DNA of 64,000 bases from Octopus bimaculoides (Eukaryota): assembly GCF_001194135.2 (NCBI RefSeq), contig NC_069002.1:35042155-35106154 (forward strand). Direction: 5' to 3'. The translations under genes and the position numbers were made by a program. Positions within the stretch are counted from its first letter, which is position 1; each line of letters begins with the position of its first letter. The notes under the pieces were generated by a model that saw only the letters and a program-made list of their open reading frames with translations, did not search any database and had not been told where the DNA came from. This document shows positions 11,671-25,589 of the stretch, in pieces.

Positions 11671-13211
11671 TAAAAAAAAATTGGTGTTCCTTTGCATATA
11701 TCACATGATTATAAGTGTGTTTATAAATTTGTCGTTCAGTAATTTTTTCTTACATTACAGACCACGATTTTAATTATTTATTCGCTTAGAACAAATGTGA
11801 ACCCATATCAGATAAAAAACCTCAAAGGAATATTACAAAATAGTACATGATAAATATGAACATGACACACACACTGATCAATATTCATTACATTCTTTTG
11901 AAAATATCGTTACAAAATGTGACGATAAAATTTTTTGTTTCCTATTTCGAATTTCCTGTACACTTTGAATAATTCTTAATTTCAGCAGCTGTTGTTTCAA
12001 TTTGTTTCTACAACAGTTTAAACCGATTGTATTTGGATTAACAGATTTTAATCAATTGAAATCAGATGAATTTGATGTAATCAAGCATTGGTTTTAAAAG
12101 AGATGGTTGACTGTTGCAGTTATATCCGTGTGTTTGTGTGCATGTATTGAATACGTATGTTTCTGTAAACATATATATGTATGTGTATATATATATAGCA
12201 ATGCTGTTGTGCACAACATAGTTATAGTTAGTAGAGCAAGCCTGTTATCAAAGCATTCTATCCATGACCATCTTGTTTGGTTAGCTGCACCAATGAAGTA
12301 GAGTATCTGAATTATTCTTTCATTCAATTTTTTAAGGTGCACAAAGTGCGATATTTTAAGGTATCTTAGCTTCTTATTTCTACAAGTTCGGTTGAACGAG
12401 TTGTTGTGTCATTTGCTAACATTACAACCCGTCGCACTTGGCACTTGTGCATGGCCTAGTGGTATGATCTCAGCATACGAATCGAATCGGTAAAAACCAT
12501 AGTATTTAGAAAACGTTGCTATTTTTACTACACTGCACAGCCGTAGATAGGTGCATCCATGTATGAGAATAGGCAACCGGCATTCCCAGATTCCTTGTAA
12601 AGTATTCTCATTTTTAACATAATTAAACTTTTAATATCTGAACGATTGTAAAGTCATATAAAACCTTACTCAGTGTGCGGTAGGAAGAATATTCTATACA
12701 AATATTTGCTGTATAGGTCTCCAAGTTGGTTGGTAGAAGCCAGCTTAAAATATACGCGCCAACATTCTTACAACTGTTTCTGTATAAAACTTAAAACTAA
12801 TAACGAGTCTCTAGCGACAATTACAGTTACCACCATAACCATTCTAAAAGAATGAGAAAATGTCGAAAGAACTTACTTTCATAATAAAATTTATTTTCCA
12901 TATAGGTCCTAATATTGCATTAAATCTTGGTTAACGTACTATGGCTTTCTTTTGTATCTGTGAAATTAACATATTATAAAATGGAATTGATCTGCAGCTG
13001 TTGAATGTGGCTTTTTCAGTTTAACATGTCTCCCGACAATATTGGTTTTGCACCTAATCAAAAGAAATAAGTACGTTAATGATTTAAATAACAATACCAA
13101 TAGCACCTATGTGTGTGTGTTGGTATTTGGAGTACGTGTTTAGGTAACTGTCTCTCTTCTTCACTCTGCCACTCTCTCTCTCTCTGTATGTATGCGTGTG
13201 CGTACAAACAA

Positions 13212-13214
<3 letters not shown>

Positions 13215-13277
<63 letters not shown>

Positions 13278-13464
13278 GTGAAGAATCATACACATTTACA
13301 TAAATATGTTTGCATATACATGATCATATACCCATATAAACATACATAATGATATATATATATATACATATATATATATATGTATATGAATGTATACATA
13401 TATATGTATATATATATATACATATATATACAGATGTATATGTATGTATACATGTATATGTATA

Positions 13465-13549
<85 letters not shown>

Positions 13550-13620
13550 TGATATATATATGTATGTATGTATTTAAACTTATGCATACGTACTGATATA
13601 TGCACCGATCTTGGCTTGCC
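13215..13620. repeat. (TA)n / (TATG)n compound microsatellite
   Basis: Direct reading. Confidence 0.95.
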
Positions 13621-16386
13621 ATTATTTTCATACGCAAACTACAAAATGCAAACCTGGTATGACTCTGCATATATTCTAGTTAACGCAAAATGAAAAATCT
13701 CTTAATCGCACCGTTTGAAAACAAATACCAATTATTTGAACGACTACAAAGCGAAACAAAATGCCCATCATGAAATCTATGGGAGAAGGATAAGTTACAA
13801 ATCAAAAGCTGACCATGACTTCAAAGTGAATTCAGAGAGAAATGAAAGAAGCACAAAATGGGAAGAGAAACATAATTAATCACGTGGTTATTATAAAATA
13901 ACTAAGCAGACAATAATAGCTTTATTTTATGAGTTCTCTGCTGCACGGAAACGGCAGTGAAGGCAGAAATAAGTGGCAATATCTTTTATGGGTTATTGAA
14001 TATATATGTGGGTGTGGGTGTGTGTGTGTGTGTGTGTGTGTGGGTGTGTGTGTGTGTGTATGCGTGTGCTAGCGATGAGAGAGAAATGACGAGTGCATAC
14101 ATATATGTCNNNNNNNNNNNNNNNNNNNNNNNNNNNNNNNNNNNNNNNNNNNNNNNNNNNNNNNNNNNNNNNNNNNNNNNNNNNNNNNNNNNNNNNNNNN
14201 NNNNNNNNNNNNNNNNNNNNNNNNNNNNNNNNNNNNNNNNNNNNNNNNNNNNNNNNNNNNNNNNNNNNNNNNNNNNNNNNNNNNNNNNNNNNNNNNNNNN
14301 NNNNNNNNNNNNNNNNNNNNNNNNNNNNNNNNNNNNNNNNNNNNNNNNNNNNNNNNNNNNNNNNNNNNNNNNNNNNNNNNNNNNNNNNNNNNNNNNNNNN
14401 NNNNNNNNNNNNNNNNNNNNNNNNNNNNNNNNNNNNNNNNNNNNTATATATATATATATATATATACATACATATTGTCATGTATATATATACATATATA
14501 TACATATTTGCATGAATGTATGTATATATATATATATATATACATATATATTTGCATGAATATATGTATATATACATACATACGAACACACACACATATA
14601 TACATACATATAGGTACATTCATATTCATAAGCTGGAGAAATAATAGCTAGCCATGTGTAAACAGCTACATAGACAAATACACTCAGTGTCTGACAGACA
14701 AGAGCTCAAAGAGATACTTAACCTCCAGCACTGATGCAAATTCACATATAATCATATAAAAACGAATACTCATATATATATTTATGTATTTATTAAAAGG
14801 TTAGCTCATATAGACCAATGTTCTGAAGTATGTATGACTCATTTGACACAAAATATATAAATTTTATAGTACAGCCCTGTCTATACGTTTTGAATATATC
14901 TCAATAAGTATATACTTTAATCGACTTGTGTATATGAAAACATGCAAATACATAATTAATAATCAAACATTAGCCTATTTAATGCACGAAGTATTAATAA
15001 AAAAAAATTATACGTTGAGAAACAGTGAAATTAGTCAAGGTAGAGTAGATAACTCCGGACGATTCTCTATCACATATGGCCATCTTCGGGCTTTTTAGAC
15101 AACTTTTAAACGAGAATATGGGAAATATTTAAGTTTATTCATTATAATGTCCACTTGTTGGTGTACAAAACCATAATCGTTGACAGAACGCGCTCAGACA
15201 AGCCTGTTGTCTGAAAACAAGCTGTTATTAAGTGTGTGTGCGTGTGTAGTAAGTTTAATTGTAAATAATTTATAATTAAATCGTTGTCATTTTTAATGCT
15301 TTTTTCTAATCAGTGTTAAAAAAATGTGCTTTGTTCAGTATAAAAGTTAAAATAATTTTGTCGGAAATCTATGTGTCCTGGGACAAAAGATGCTTATTTG
15401 ACTATACTTTACCTGAACTGAGGTACAATTACTGAATGCGTGGAATCAATGCAGATTGAATAGAAAATAATTTTAAATTTAAAGTTTAAAATATTTAATC
15501 TTTGTTTTAAATTAAAGCTTATAATATGATTTTTGATGTGTATAAAAATTGCATTATAATTGCAGTGATTGTCTTTCTTCCCTCTCGGTGCTATACGGTG
15601 CATATTTTTCTGTTTCTTATTTGCTTACCAAAACCCAAATTGCTCACCATATCCAACATTAATTGAAATAAGTCTTCTAGGAGCACTTGCTGTCGTTGTA
15701 TTACGTACTTCACAAGACTTATAAGTAGATGCAAATAGTTTAATATATCTACCACATTAGGACATTTTAGTGGCGAAAGTTATGTTGGATTTCGGATTAA
15801 AAGGGAAAAATAATGTTTGATTTTAAATACTTTGATTTTCTGGTCTTTTAATGAAGACATGCATTGAGGAACGGTTTTGTTGCTCCGTTACCAAAGATCA
15901 AGATGTGTATGAGATAACTGCTGTGATGATATCGGATATGAAAGCAGACCCACTAAAAACACTTTAGTGTTCATAGCTGATAAGAAGAAAAGGACCTAGA
16001 CTTTGATTTGTCATATTACTTGAAATATTTGAAGTTATAAACACGAAATATTCATGTTGACATTTTCCCCATATCTTTCATAGAAGATACGAGTTTGCTG
16101 GGTTACTTATTGTGAAGTGCCTAGAGAAATTAAAAACTGATTCAGAAGTATACGCTGCTAGTGAGTTTGAACAACATCAGTGATACCGGCTAAACTTTTA
16201 GTACTTTGAGTCGTTGGTCTATAATACGGAACAGAGAGAGGAAGCATACATGGAAACCGGTATTTTAAAAATAAAATGTGTATACACAAAGCAAAATACG
16301 CCACGATCTAATAGCTATAGGTGTTGACATTACACCCCCAAATGGAATTGCAGTGTGACCGGTTATATTCAAGGGTATAGAAGCAA

Positions 16387-16754
16387 GCGTAGCTGTGTGG
16401 TAAGAAGCCTACTTCCAGCCATATGATTCCGGGCTCAATCCCACTGTGTGGTACCTTGTTTGGGTGTCTCATACTATAGACTCGAATCCACCAAAACCTT
16501 GTGAGTGGACTGGTAGAGGGAAACTTAAAGAATCCCGTCAGATATGTATGTGTTTGTCATTGTGTCTCTGTTTGTCTCCCACCACCGCTTGACAACCACT
16601 GTTTGTGTGTTTATAAGGCAAAAGGGTCCGGTAGAATAACTACGAGGCTTAAAAAAATAAGTCTTGGCGTCGATGTGTACGACTAAAAATTATTTAAGAG
16701 GGTGCCACAGCATGTCCGCAGTCAAATGACTGAAACAAGTAAAAGATAAAAGAT
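16387..16754 (+). mobile_element. SINE family A, full-length composite
   Basis: GCGTAGCTGTGTGGTAAGAAG head, CORE-like body, (GT)-rich spacer, tail CAGCATGTCCGCAGTCAAATGACTGAAACAAGTAAAAGATAAAAGA. Confidence 0.85.
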
Positions 16755-19533
16755 ACGGTGGCTTGAATTATTTATTGAGAGTTTGATAACTGTATTGAGT
16801 TCAGCAATCCGTTTGACACATTCTGCCGTTGTCCTGCTTGTCTACTAGCAAACGTCCACACTATGCAAGCTTGACAACCGTAGTGACTGCTGTGTCGACA
16901 ACAGTCCGACATGTAAAATCTGTTACTACGTATGTTACCTGTAATATAGCAACGAACCTCCTCTGAAGACACAAAATGTGTGTGTGTGAGTGTGTGTGTG
17001 TGTGTAGAATGTTGAAAAGTGATACGAGTTGATATGTTTTGGGAAAATAAGACAAGGTAGAAGATGCTAAAATAATTTTAGGAAATACATTTTGTACTAT
17101 TTAATACGGGTTTCCGTCTTTCCGATTTTATTCAACGAAGAGTAAAACAAAGGTGGATATTAATTAAGAAGAAAAACAATTAAGTGAAATGTTTTGCAGT
17201 ATTCAAATAGTTTTCCTGTTTTTTTCTCTCTCTATCTCTCTCCCTCTTTTCCTTTGTGAAGGTTCGTTTGGTAGATAGTGGCAGACTTCAAAAAATTTTG
17301 TTTATGGCTGCAAAAATATATTGCAAAAACGAAATAATTGCAAAGAACTAGTAATGTGTTGTCCTACGATTTGTTTTCATGCACTGGAATGAAGTTTACT
17401 CCTGATATTTTGCGTAGAGTGACTAATTGTGACCAACTAATTACGACGATCACCTTGTTTTGATACTAACTGAATTTTGTTGCGTATTCTATGTTTCCAA
17501 AGTTCCATACATGTAAATTCTTTCCAGAATGGACTTATTTTCATAGACACCAATGAATTAAATGCTAGTTTAATTAGAATTTTTTTTCCATTCGGTTTGC
17601 CGATTATTGATAAAAAGTATCCTCAATCTAAGAATCCTTTACGTTGTTGCAAAATTGCCCCTCACATCAGCCCTATATTGCATGAACCAACGTTGCTTAA
17701 CGGCATGTATACGAAAGTCTGTGAGATTCCCTCGTTTCGATAAAGGATTCCACACCGTCATTTTTCGCTCTTTCTTCTGCATTCGCAGGTCATTGGTTTC
17801 GATGCTGAATCAGATATTCACGCTGGAGACGTGCCTTTGTATCCATATATTTACTAACAACGCCAAGCCAAAATGTTTTTATCCAGCGAACATTATCCAA
17901 TGAATAAATTATACCAATATTCTAAGAGTGTATTGTCATTTATTAAGTGCTGTAGATCTACTTCAATATACAATCAGGGTTGAGGTTACATGTTCCCCAA
18001 TATGGCTCAGGTTTGCGTTGCATTGCTATAAGATGGTGGCTTGTAAACTAAATATTCAAACAACCAGGAGCTGTTGACTATGTGTGTATAATTCGGTTAT
18101 GTGGTTTTATCATTGCTCAAGGCGAGCACTGGATGCGCTTCTCTAATCTGTTACATTTAGCACTCCAGCATGATGTGTTATCAGTGACCACACCGTATTA
18201 TGGTACTCCATTTCGTAAAACAAAAGTCTGCTTCTTCAGTAAGGCAAATATATATTCGCTTTATAGAATTTATTTGAAAGTCTAACTGCTGTTTGGAGCG
18301 AGTGACAACGAGCAAAATTACTGCTAACAACATGTACATTTGATTCATCGACATTACATCACAAAGCAACATGTTAATGATATAAGTGCAAATAGCTTTT
18401 GAATTTTACATTTCCTGGCAATAGTCATATACTGAGCTGTAGGTAGCATGGCACTATGCCAATTGTGGAATTTAGTATGTCAACAGTAACAGCCGTTCAT
18501 CGTGTAACAGACAACCAATGATCTTGTGTAGAAGATAAGTACTACTACAACTACTACTCTATAGAATTACTATTATAGAGTGGCATATCTTTTTACATAG
18601 TGATATGTCAGTTACAGAATACGTATGGGCAAGTGCTAGTCATTAGGCAAATAGATACTGATAAAATACTAGCCATTACAGAAGCAGATTCCAATAGAAA
18701 CGCATGCGGCAAAGACGTCCGTGATTAAAGTATTGGCGACAAAAATATCGAGCATAAAAAAAAATTCGGCGCTTATGTTACCAAAATGGCGACATCACAA
18801 AAAACTATCTCAAGAGAACAAACAAATAAATTAAAGAATATATAGATAAAAATACGTGACTAAGCAATCACGGATTGATCATTACACCATACTGCACGCT
18901 ATTATGTCTTGTTAATTGATACGTAATTATCTACGGTGCAATAGNNNNNNNNNNNNNNNNNNNNNNNNNNNNNNNNNNNNNNNNNNNNNNNNNNNNNNNN
19001 NNNNNNNNNNNNNNNNNNNNNNNNNNNNNNNNNNNNNNNNNNNNNNNNNNNNNNNNNNNNNNNNNNNNNNNNNNNNNNNNNNNNNNNNNNNNNNNNNNNN
19101 NNNNNNNNNNNNNNNNNNNNNNNNNNNNNNNNNNNNNNNNNNNNNNNNNNNNNNNNNNNNNNNNNNNNNNNNNNNNNNNNNNNNNNNNNNNNNNNNNNNN
19201 NNNNNNNNNNNNNNNNNNNNNNNNNNNNNNNNNNNNNNNNNNNNNNNNNNNNNNNNNNNNNNNNNNNNNNNNNNNNNNNNNNNNNNNNNNNNNNNNNNNN
19301 NNNNNNNNNNNNNNNNNNNNNNNNNNNNNNNNNNNNNNNNNNNNNNNNNNNNNNNNNNNNNNNNNNNNNNNNNNNNNNNNNNNNNNNNNNNNNNNNNNNN
19401 NNNNNNNNNNNNNNNNNNNNNNNNNNNNNNNNNNNNNNNNNNNNNNNNNNNNNNNNNNNNNNNNNNNNNNNNNNNNNNNNNNNNNNNNNNNNNNNNNNNN
19501 NNNNNNNNNNNNNNNNNNNNNNNNNNNNNNNNN

Positions 19534-19572
<39 letters not shown>

Positions 19573-20444
19573 GTGTGTGTGTGTAGGTGTGCATACAAAT
19601 TAATATTGACTATATATAAAGAGTTGATGCACGGCTATGTACAACTACATAGGTCACAGTTATTCTCTTTGTCACACGTACAGAGGCACAAACAAATACA
19701 TATTTATATGAGATATAAATATAGTAGATATTCTATCAAGTATATATATATATATATATATNNNNNNNNNNNNNNNNNNNNNNNNNNNNNNNNNNNNNNN
19801 NNNNNNNNNNNNNNNNNNNNNNNNNNNNNNNNNNNNNNNNNNNNNNNNNNNNNNNNNNNNNNNNNNNNNNNNNNNNNNNNNNNNNNNNNNNNNNNNNNNN
19901 NNNNNNNNNNNNNNNNNNNNNNNNNNNNNNNNNNNNNNNNNNNNNNNNNNNNNNNNNNNNNNNNNNNNNNNNNNNNNNNNNNNNNNNNNNNNNNNNNNNN
20001 NNNNNNNNNNNNNNNNNNNNNNNNNNNNNNNNNNNNNNNNNNNNNNNNNNNNNNNNNNNNNNNNNNNNNNNNNNNNNNNNNNNNNNNNNNNNNNNNNNNN
20101 NNNNNNNNNNNNNNNNNNNNNNNNNNNNNNNNNNNNNNNNNNNNNNNNNNNNNNNNNNNNNNNNNNNNNNNNNNNNNNNNNNNNNNNNNNNNNNNNNNNN
20201 NNNNNNNNNNNNNNNNNNNNNNNNNNNNNNNNNNNNNNNNNNNNNNNNNNNNNNNNNNNNNNNNNNNNNNNNNNNNNNNNNNNNNNNNNNNNNNNNNNNN
20301 NNNNNNNNNNNNNNNNNNNNNNNNNNNNNNNNNNNNNNNNNNNNNNNNNNNNNNNNNNNNNNNNNNNNNNNNNNNNNNNNNNNNNNNNNNNNNNNNNNNN
20401 NNNNNNNNNNNNNNNNNNNNNNNNNNNNNNNNNNNNNNNNNNNN

Positions 20445-20494
<50 letters not shown>

Positions 20495-21795
20495 GCATAT
20501 ATACTCAGTCATAAATATTTGTAAGTATACATATATATGTGTATACAATATACATATACAAGTATGTGTGTATATAGGTTTGTGTATAAGCTTATGTGTC
20601 TGTATATAATTGATTTCTTTCATGTTTGTTTTTTATTCTTGAAAATATCTAATAGAATATTAAAAACGCTACAGAAATGTTAATTGGTCTGACTTTTCAC
20701 TTTTCCCAACCGGAGCCAATGTCTAGGTGATTATAATTACGACAATCAAGATGTTTTGTCATGCAGTATTTAATTAAACATTAATTAATTTACTATAGAA
20801 CAACTACCATATGTTTAAGGCCAACTGGATAAGTTCTTGAACTTTTCAACTAAATGCTGTTCAAAGTTTGTCACAAAATTATATGTAGCAGGTTCATTTG
20901 AACTACCAAGTCAATAGAAGCATTTCGTACATTTGCTGGCTGCTTGGTTAAGAAACGTGTTTTGCAACGACGACTTTTCGAGCGCAGCCTAAATTCGTGC
21001 GATATAGGGCAAATATTTTCTGTTATATTTCCGTAGCAAACAAATTCGACAGAATCTAAACGGAAGTCCATGGGACATACATACATATACATGTATTCAT
21101 ACATACTTATATGTGTGCGTTTGTCTGTTTGTATGAGTGTGTATAGGCGTGTGTGTATGGCACCGCATGGGAAAAAAATATATATGAATACTCTATGCCA
21201 TGAATGCACAATCCCTTGGGCCTTGTTTGACGTCAAAATATGTTTAATGTATATGAAGCTACGCAATTGTGTAGACGGACGGACGGACGGGTAGATATGG
21301 GTAGATGAACAGTTACACACTCATTTATATGTTAGATACACGCTGTCATACATCTATGTGTGTATGGATATACATGTATGTGTGCGTATCTGTTGTGTGT
21401 GAGCGATGGAGAAGGACTGGGCGACAAAGAACGATAATAGACTCAAAGTGGGAAGAAAGAATCGAAGAGAGAAAGCAAATTTGTTTATAACATTTAACAA
21501 AGAATATTAACTCGGAAACTATCTGAAAGTGGATATTCCACATAAGCAGTTTTTCTCTTCGAATAATAAATAAGAGATTTGTTATGTTGCTGTTTGAGTT
21601 CTGTTTTTCTAGATTACGAAAAGACATTTCCAGTGAGATGTGTCAATTCTGGTAATCTTATTATGGAATAATACGAAATTGCCAATAAGCTCGCAATGCA
21701 AATTGCAAACACTGACTGCATTATTTCAATATGCACGTATCACACGTTACTGGCTTGCATGAGATTGCTGCAAGCAACATATAGCATGCTCTCAC

Positions 21796-21995
21796 TTAAC
21801 CCTCTAGCATTCACATTATTCTGTCATATGAAATGCTTATTTATTCACATTGATTTAGTTTTGTCATACGTTACCTTGTAGCGTTGAGATTTTCATGATA
21901 TGACAATTTGTCTGTAGAATAACATTTTCTGGTAGGTATGAGAGGCCTGATTGGTTTGAACAGAAAGCAGGTAGGGTATTTCTGCTTGATATCTC
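21796..21995 (+). mobile_element. piggyBac-like MITE, left end preserved
   Basis: TTAA followed by CCCTCTAGCATT (TTAA target plus CCC TIR start). The right TIR is not recognisable. Confidence 0.5.
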
Positions 21996-22387
21996 ATATT
22001 TGATTGTTATAGTATAAAATTATCAACTGTTTACCATATAAATAGTTACTGCTCATACAGAGACGTCTGCAGTTTACCATTGACTCATGAGGTGCCAATT
22101 CCTCTAAGCTTCACCTGACAAGTTTGTTTCCTCATCCATATTGCATCCCCCTCCTACATATCACATGTATCTAAGTTTATCTACCCAATTAGACAAATCA
22201 TTCTTCCACACAACGAGGAAATCATCGAATTAGCTCTTTGCATATGGTCTTCCTTCACCCAAAATCTTGAAATATTTTAAAAGCTAATAGTAGTTAACAT
22301 CAGCGGACTACCATCTCAGGAGATCCCAACCATTTAACTTATTTGCTCAGACAAGAGAATAATAAAAACATACGACTCGGTATAGGA

Positions 22388-22504
22388 GTGGCTTCTTTAA
22401 GTTTCTGTCTACCTAATCCGCTATAGTAGGAGTCACTTGCTCAAGCTGTCACGCAGTGGGGCTGAACCCAGAACCATGTGGGCGGGAAGCAAGCTTCTCA
22501 CCAT
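22388..22504 (-). mobile_element. SINE family A, internally deleted
   Basis: CACGCAGTGGGGCTGAACCCAGAACCATGTGGGCGGGAAGCAAGCTTCTCACCA matches the A head in reverse. Confidence 0.75.
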
Positions 22505-22742
22505 AGTTATGTTTGCACCTATATGCATATATCTCTGTGTGTCTGTGTGTGTGTGGAGAGAGAGAGAGAAAGAAAAGCAAATACAGGTATATCATCTACC
22601 ACAGAACATATATCTCCGGCTCTGGTAGCTACTTCGTAATTGCCAAATGACAACAGAAAGCATTCAATATGAAAAGAGGATATAATACGAATAATTCCCC
22701 ATAATTGAAAAACCGTTAAAGAAACGATCAGATAAGTGGAAT

Positions 22743-22787
22743 GTCGTGAATATATGTTTCCGCCTGAGTAGGCGTCATCAGCTCGAC
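22743..22787 (-). ncRNA. Minimal type-I hammerhead ribozyme fold (Penelope-LTR type)
   Basis: Minus strand: GTCGAG-CTGATGA-CGCC tactca GGCG-GAAAC-ATAT-AT-T-CACGAC. Core CUGAUGA/GAAA intact, 4-bp helix II, helix I 5/6 paired, palindromic ATAT loop III, one mismatch at position 16.2. Confidence 0.7.
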
Positions 22788-23520
22788 TTTCATCCACACT
22801 TATCTACAGCAGCCAAGGTACTTAAGAGAGTAGAATATATTTATGGCCAAAGTAATTGGTGTAATTTTAATACAAACTAGATAAAAGATATAATTCAGAG
22901 TACCCAATAGAATCTATTTGAAGTGCAAACATTAGACACCACATTAATTAGTCAGGTAAATCGGTCGGAAGAACCAATCCTTCTGTATTCTTTATCTACG
23001 ACCAGAATTTGTAGTTTCAATTATTTCAATGTACTTCATACGTCACCATGAAATTTTACATTAATGTGAAGCTCTCATTGTAATAATGCAGATAATCTTT
23101 TCTCTGCAGACACACACGCGCGTATATACATTTATGTGTATGCCTGCGCGCCAGTGTGTCTATATTACATACATATATGAATACAGAGTGTCATGCATAC
23201 GTGTATGTAGTTAGATATGCAGTATGAATGCCGTCATCAGCCTGTAGGAAACGTGTTTTTGCATCGTCAAGCTTTATCTGCTTCGAAGATGATTAACGCT
23301 GGTAAAGTATTTTAGTTATAAATATACTTTATCTTGTTAAATATAACCTGCATTATTTAGTTTTATTTTCATCAGCACTGCTTAGTGTGTATTTAAAAAA
23401 AATCCCTTTTCAATATTACAATCAAGTCTACAATCAGCGTCAGTCTAAACATATAGGTTGAAATAGCGACCTTTTCATTCTCTCGGAAAACTAATTGTAG
23501 CATATATATATATATATATA

Positions 23521-23772
23521 TATATTATTTTGCTTAAAAGAGTTCCAACACAGTCTGTTTTTTATGTTTTATTTATATTCCTGCAGAACTAATGTGGGGT
23601 ATAGAATATGGAATATACAATATATAATATAATATACAATATATAATATAAAATAAAATAAAAATGGATGGCACCATGAAATAAAGTATTGAATGTAGAT
23701 GAAATATTGAGTGTTCAATATAAAGGATCAAATATATAAATATATAAATATAAATACATATATATATATAAA
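23521..23772 (-). repeat. Inverted near-identical copy of 44894-45143, running into a gap
   Basis: Reverse-complement alignment by eye shows about 2 substitutions over ~235 bp. The ORF track gives the same peptide (IFIYLILYIEHSIFHLHS...PHISSAGI) for both copies. Confidence 0.95.
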
Positions 23773-24147
23773 NNNNNNNNNNNNNNNNNNNNNNNNNNNN
23801 NNNNNNNNNNNNNNNNNNNNNNNNNNNNNNNNNNNNNNNNNNNNNNNNNNNNNNNNNNNNNNNNNNNNNNNNNNNNNNNNNNNNNNNNNNNNNNNNNNNN
23901 NNNNNNNNNNNNNNNNNNNNNNNNNNNNNNNNNNNNNNNNNNNNNNNNNNNNNNNNNNNNNNNNNNNNNNNNNNNNNNNNNNNNNNNNNNNNNNNNNNNN
24001 NNNNNNNNNNNNNNNNNNNNNNNNNNNNNNNNNNNNNNNNNNNNNNNNNNNNNNNNNNNNNNNNNNNNNNNNNNNNNNNNNNNNNNNNNNNNNNNNNNNN
24101 NNNNNNNNNNNNNNNNNNNNNNNNNNNNNNNNNNNNNNNNNNNNNNN

Positions 24148-24189
<42 letters not shown>

Positions 24190-25589
24190 CAGGCATGTTG
24201 CTGTCAGTAGTTACTCAGGGTAGTCGGTCGGCGCCCTTTATATAGTAAAACGCACACAAAATAGGGAAAACATCGGCGTACGACTGAGTTGAAGGAGGAT
24301 TACTATTGCTTTTATAGCACATGAAATAAACGGTGTTGTAGGACTGTACACAGCACGTGTACTACTGCAGTACTATTCGTAGCTTAAATAGTGAGATTGA
24401 AAAGCACGAGTGAATTACGCCTACCGAATCTATAACTCTGTGTGTGTGTGTGTCTGTGTGTATATATATATATATATATATTTATTTATTTATTTATTTA
24501 TTTAGAATGAGTACAGTTGTAGTAACAAAATACGACTAATTCTTACTGTAATAGTTTAGAGTTAGAATCCAATAAGAAATGAAAAGCATTCAGGAATAAT
24601 CATTCGATTTTGGCAAAAGTATTAACTGAGGTCAATCCATGAGACAGTTACATTTATATGTCTATGAATACAATTAGCTTTCATTTTTTACTGATTTCTA
24701 AACAGATTCCCAGTTTAGAAATACTTCACACACACATACAGCATGTTTAACATTCGTAACTTGTGTTGACTAAGTCTATTTCAGATAGAAATGGACTCGG
24801 CTTTAATGCACTGATATCCACTTGTTCCTGCCAACAATCCACAAAAATAACTGACGAATATTATTTTAACTTCGAAGAGACACACAGAGGAGTGTCCAAC
24901 CTATAACATAACCGTGACAAATTAGCTGCAAGTGTTTGTATGGCAATGTCTGAAATGCTGAAGTCATGCACTAAAATCAGCTTTCATAAAGCACAACAAT
25001 TAAAGAGAATATAACATGTTTATAGTCATCTCAGTGCTACGAAGTAACATTTCATCTCGTGAAAGTATATTCTGTTCTTGAAGGATTTGGTGTATCGTGC
25101 AAGTTACACCTATTTCATGTTCGTAAGGAAGGCTTTCCTGTCACCATCCAATTAATTCTAATGTAGAGAAACAGCTGCATACCTCAGCGAAGATATCGTT
25201 AGTCATAAACGACAGAAATCTGAATAGAAAAGGATCGTCTGTCCAGGAAGAGTTTTGAATTAGATTTGTTGGAGTACCAAATGCTACACAGTGTCGCTTC
25301 ATAATAATCATACAGGGTGATAGAAGTTGATGGAATAGCAGCCGGTAAGTTTACGGTGCTATGTAGAGCTTCACTGAATACTTTACATTCTTCCCTGAAG
25401 ACGGAGGCTGGTGTTATCCGATGATGGAATCAATTTACAATCATTATTTTGAACCCCTCCCCCCGAAACAGGTAAATTTCTTATTCAACCCCTGTAATTC
25501 CTGATATTTCTATTCTGTGTATGTCGGACCTTTTTATATGTGAACGTATGACATTTTTCTTTTCAAATGAATTTAGTAGTTTTTGTTTA

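Noticed and set aside
25395-25425. CTGAAGA-CGGA...TCCG hammerhead-like half
   Set aside because: The GAAA core segment and helices I/III are missing. At most a dead relic.
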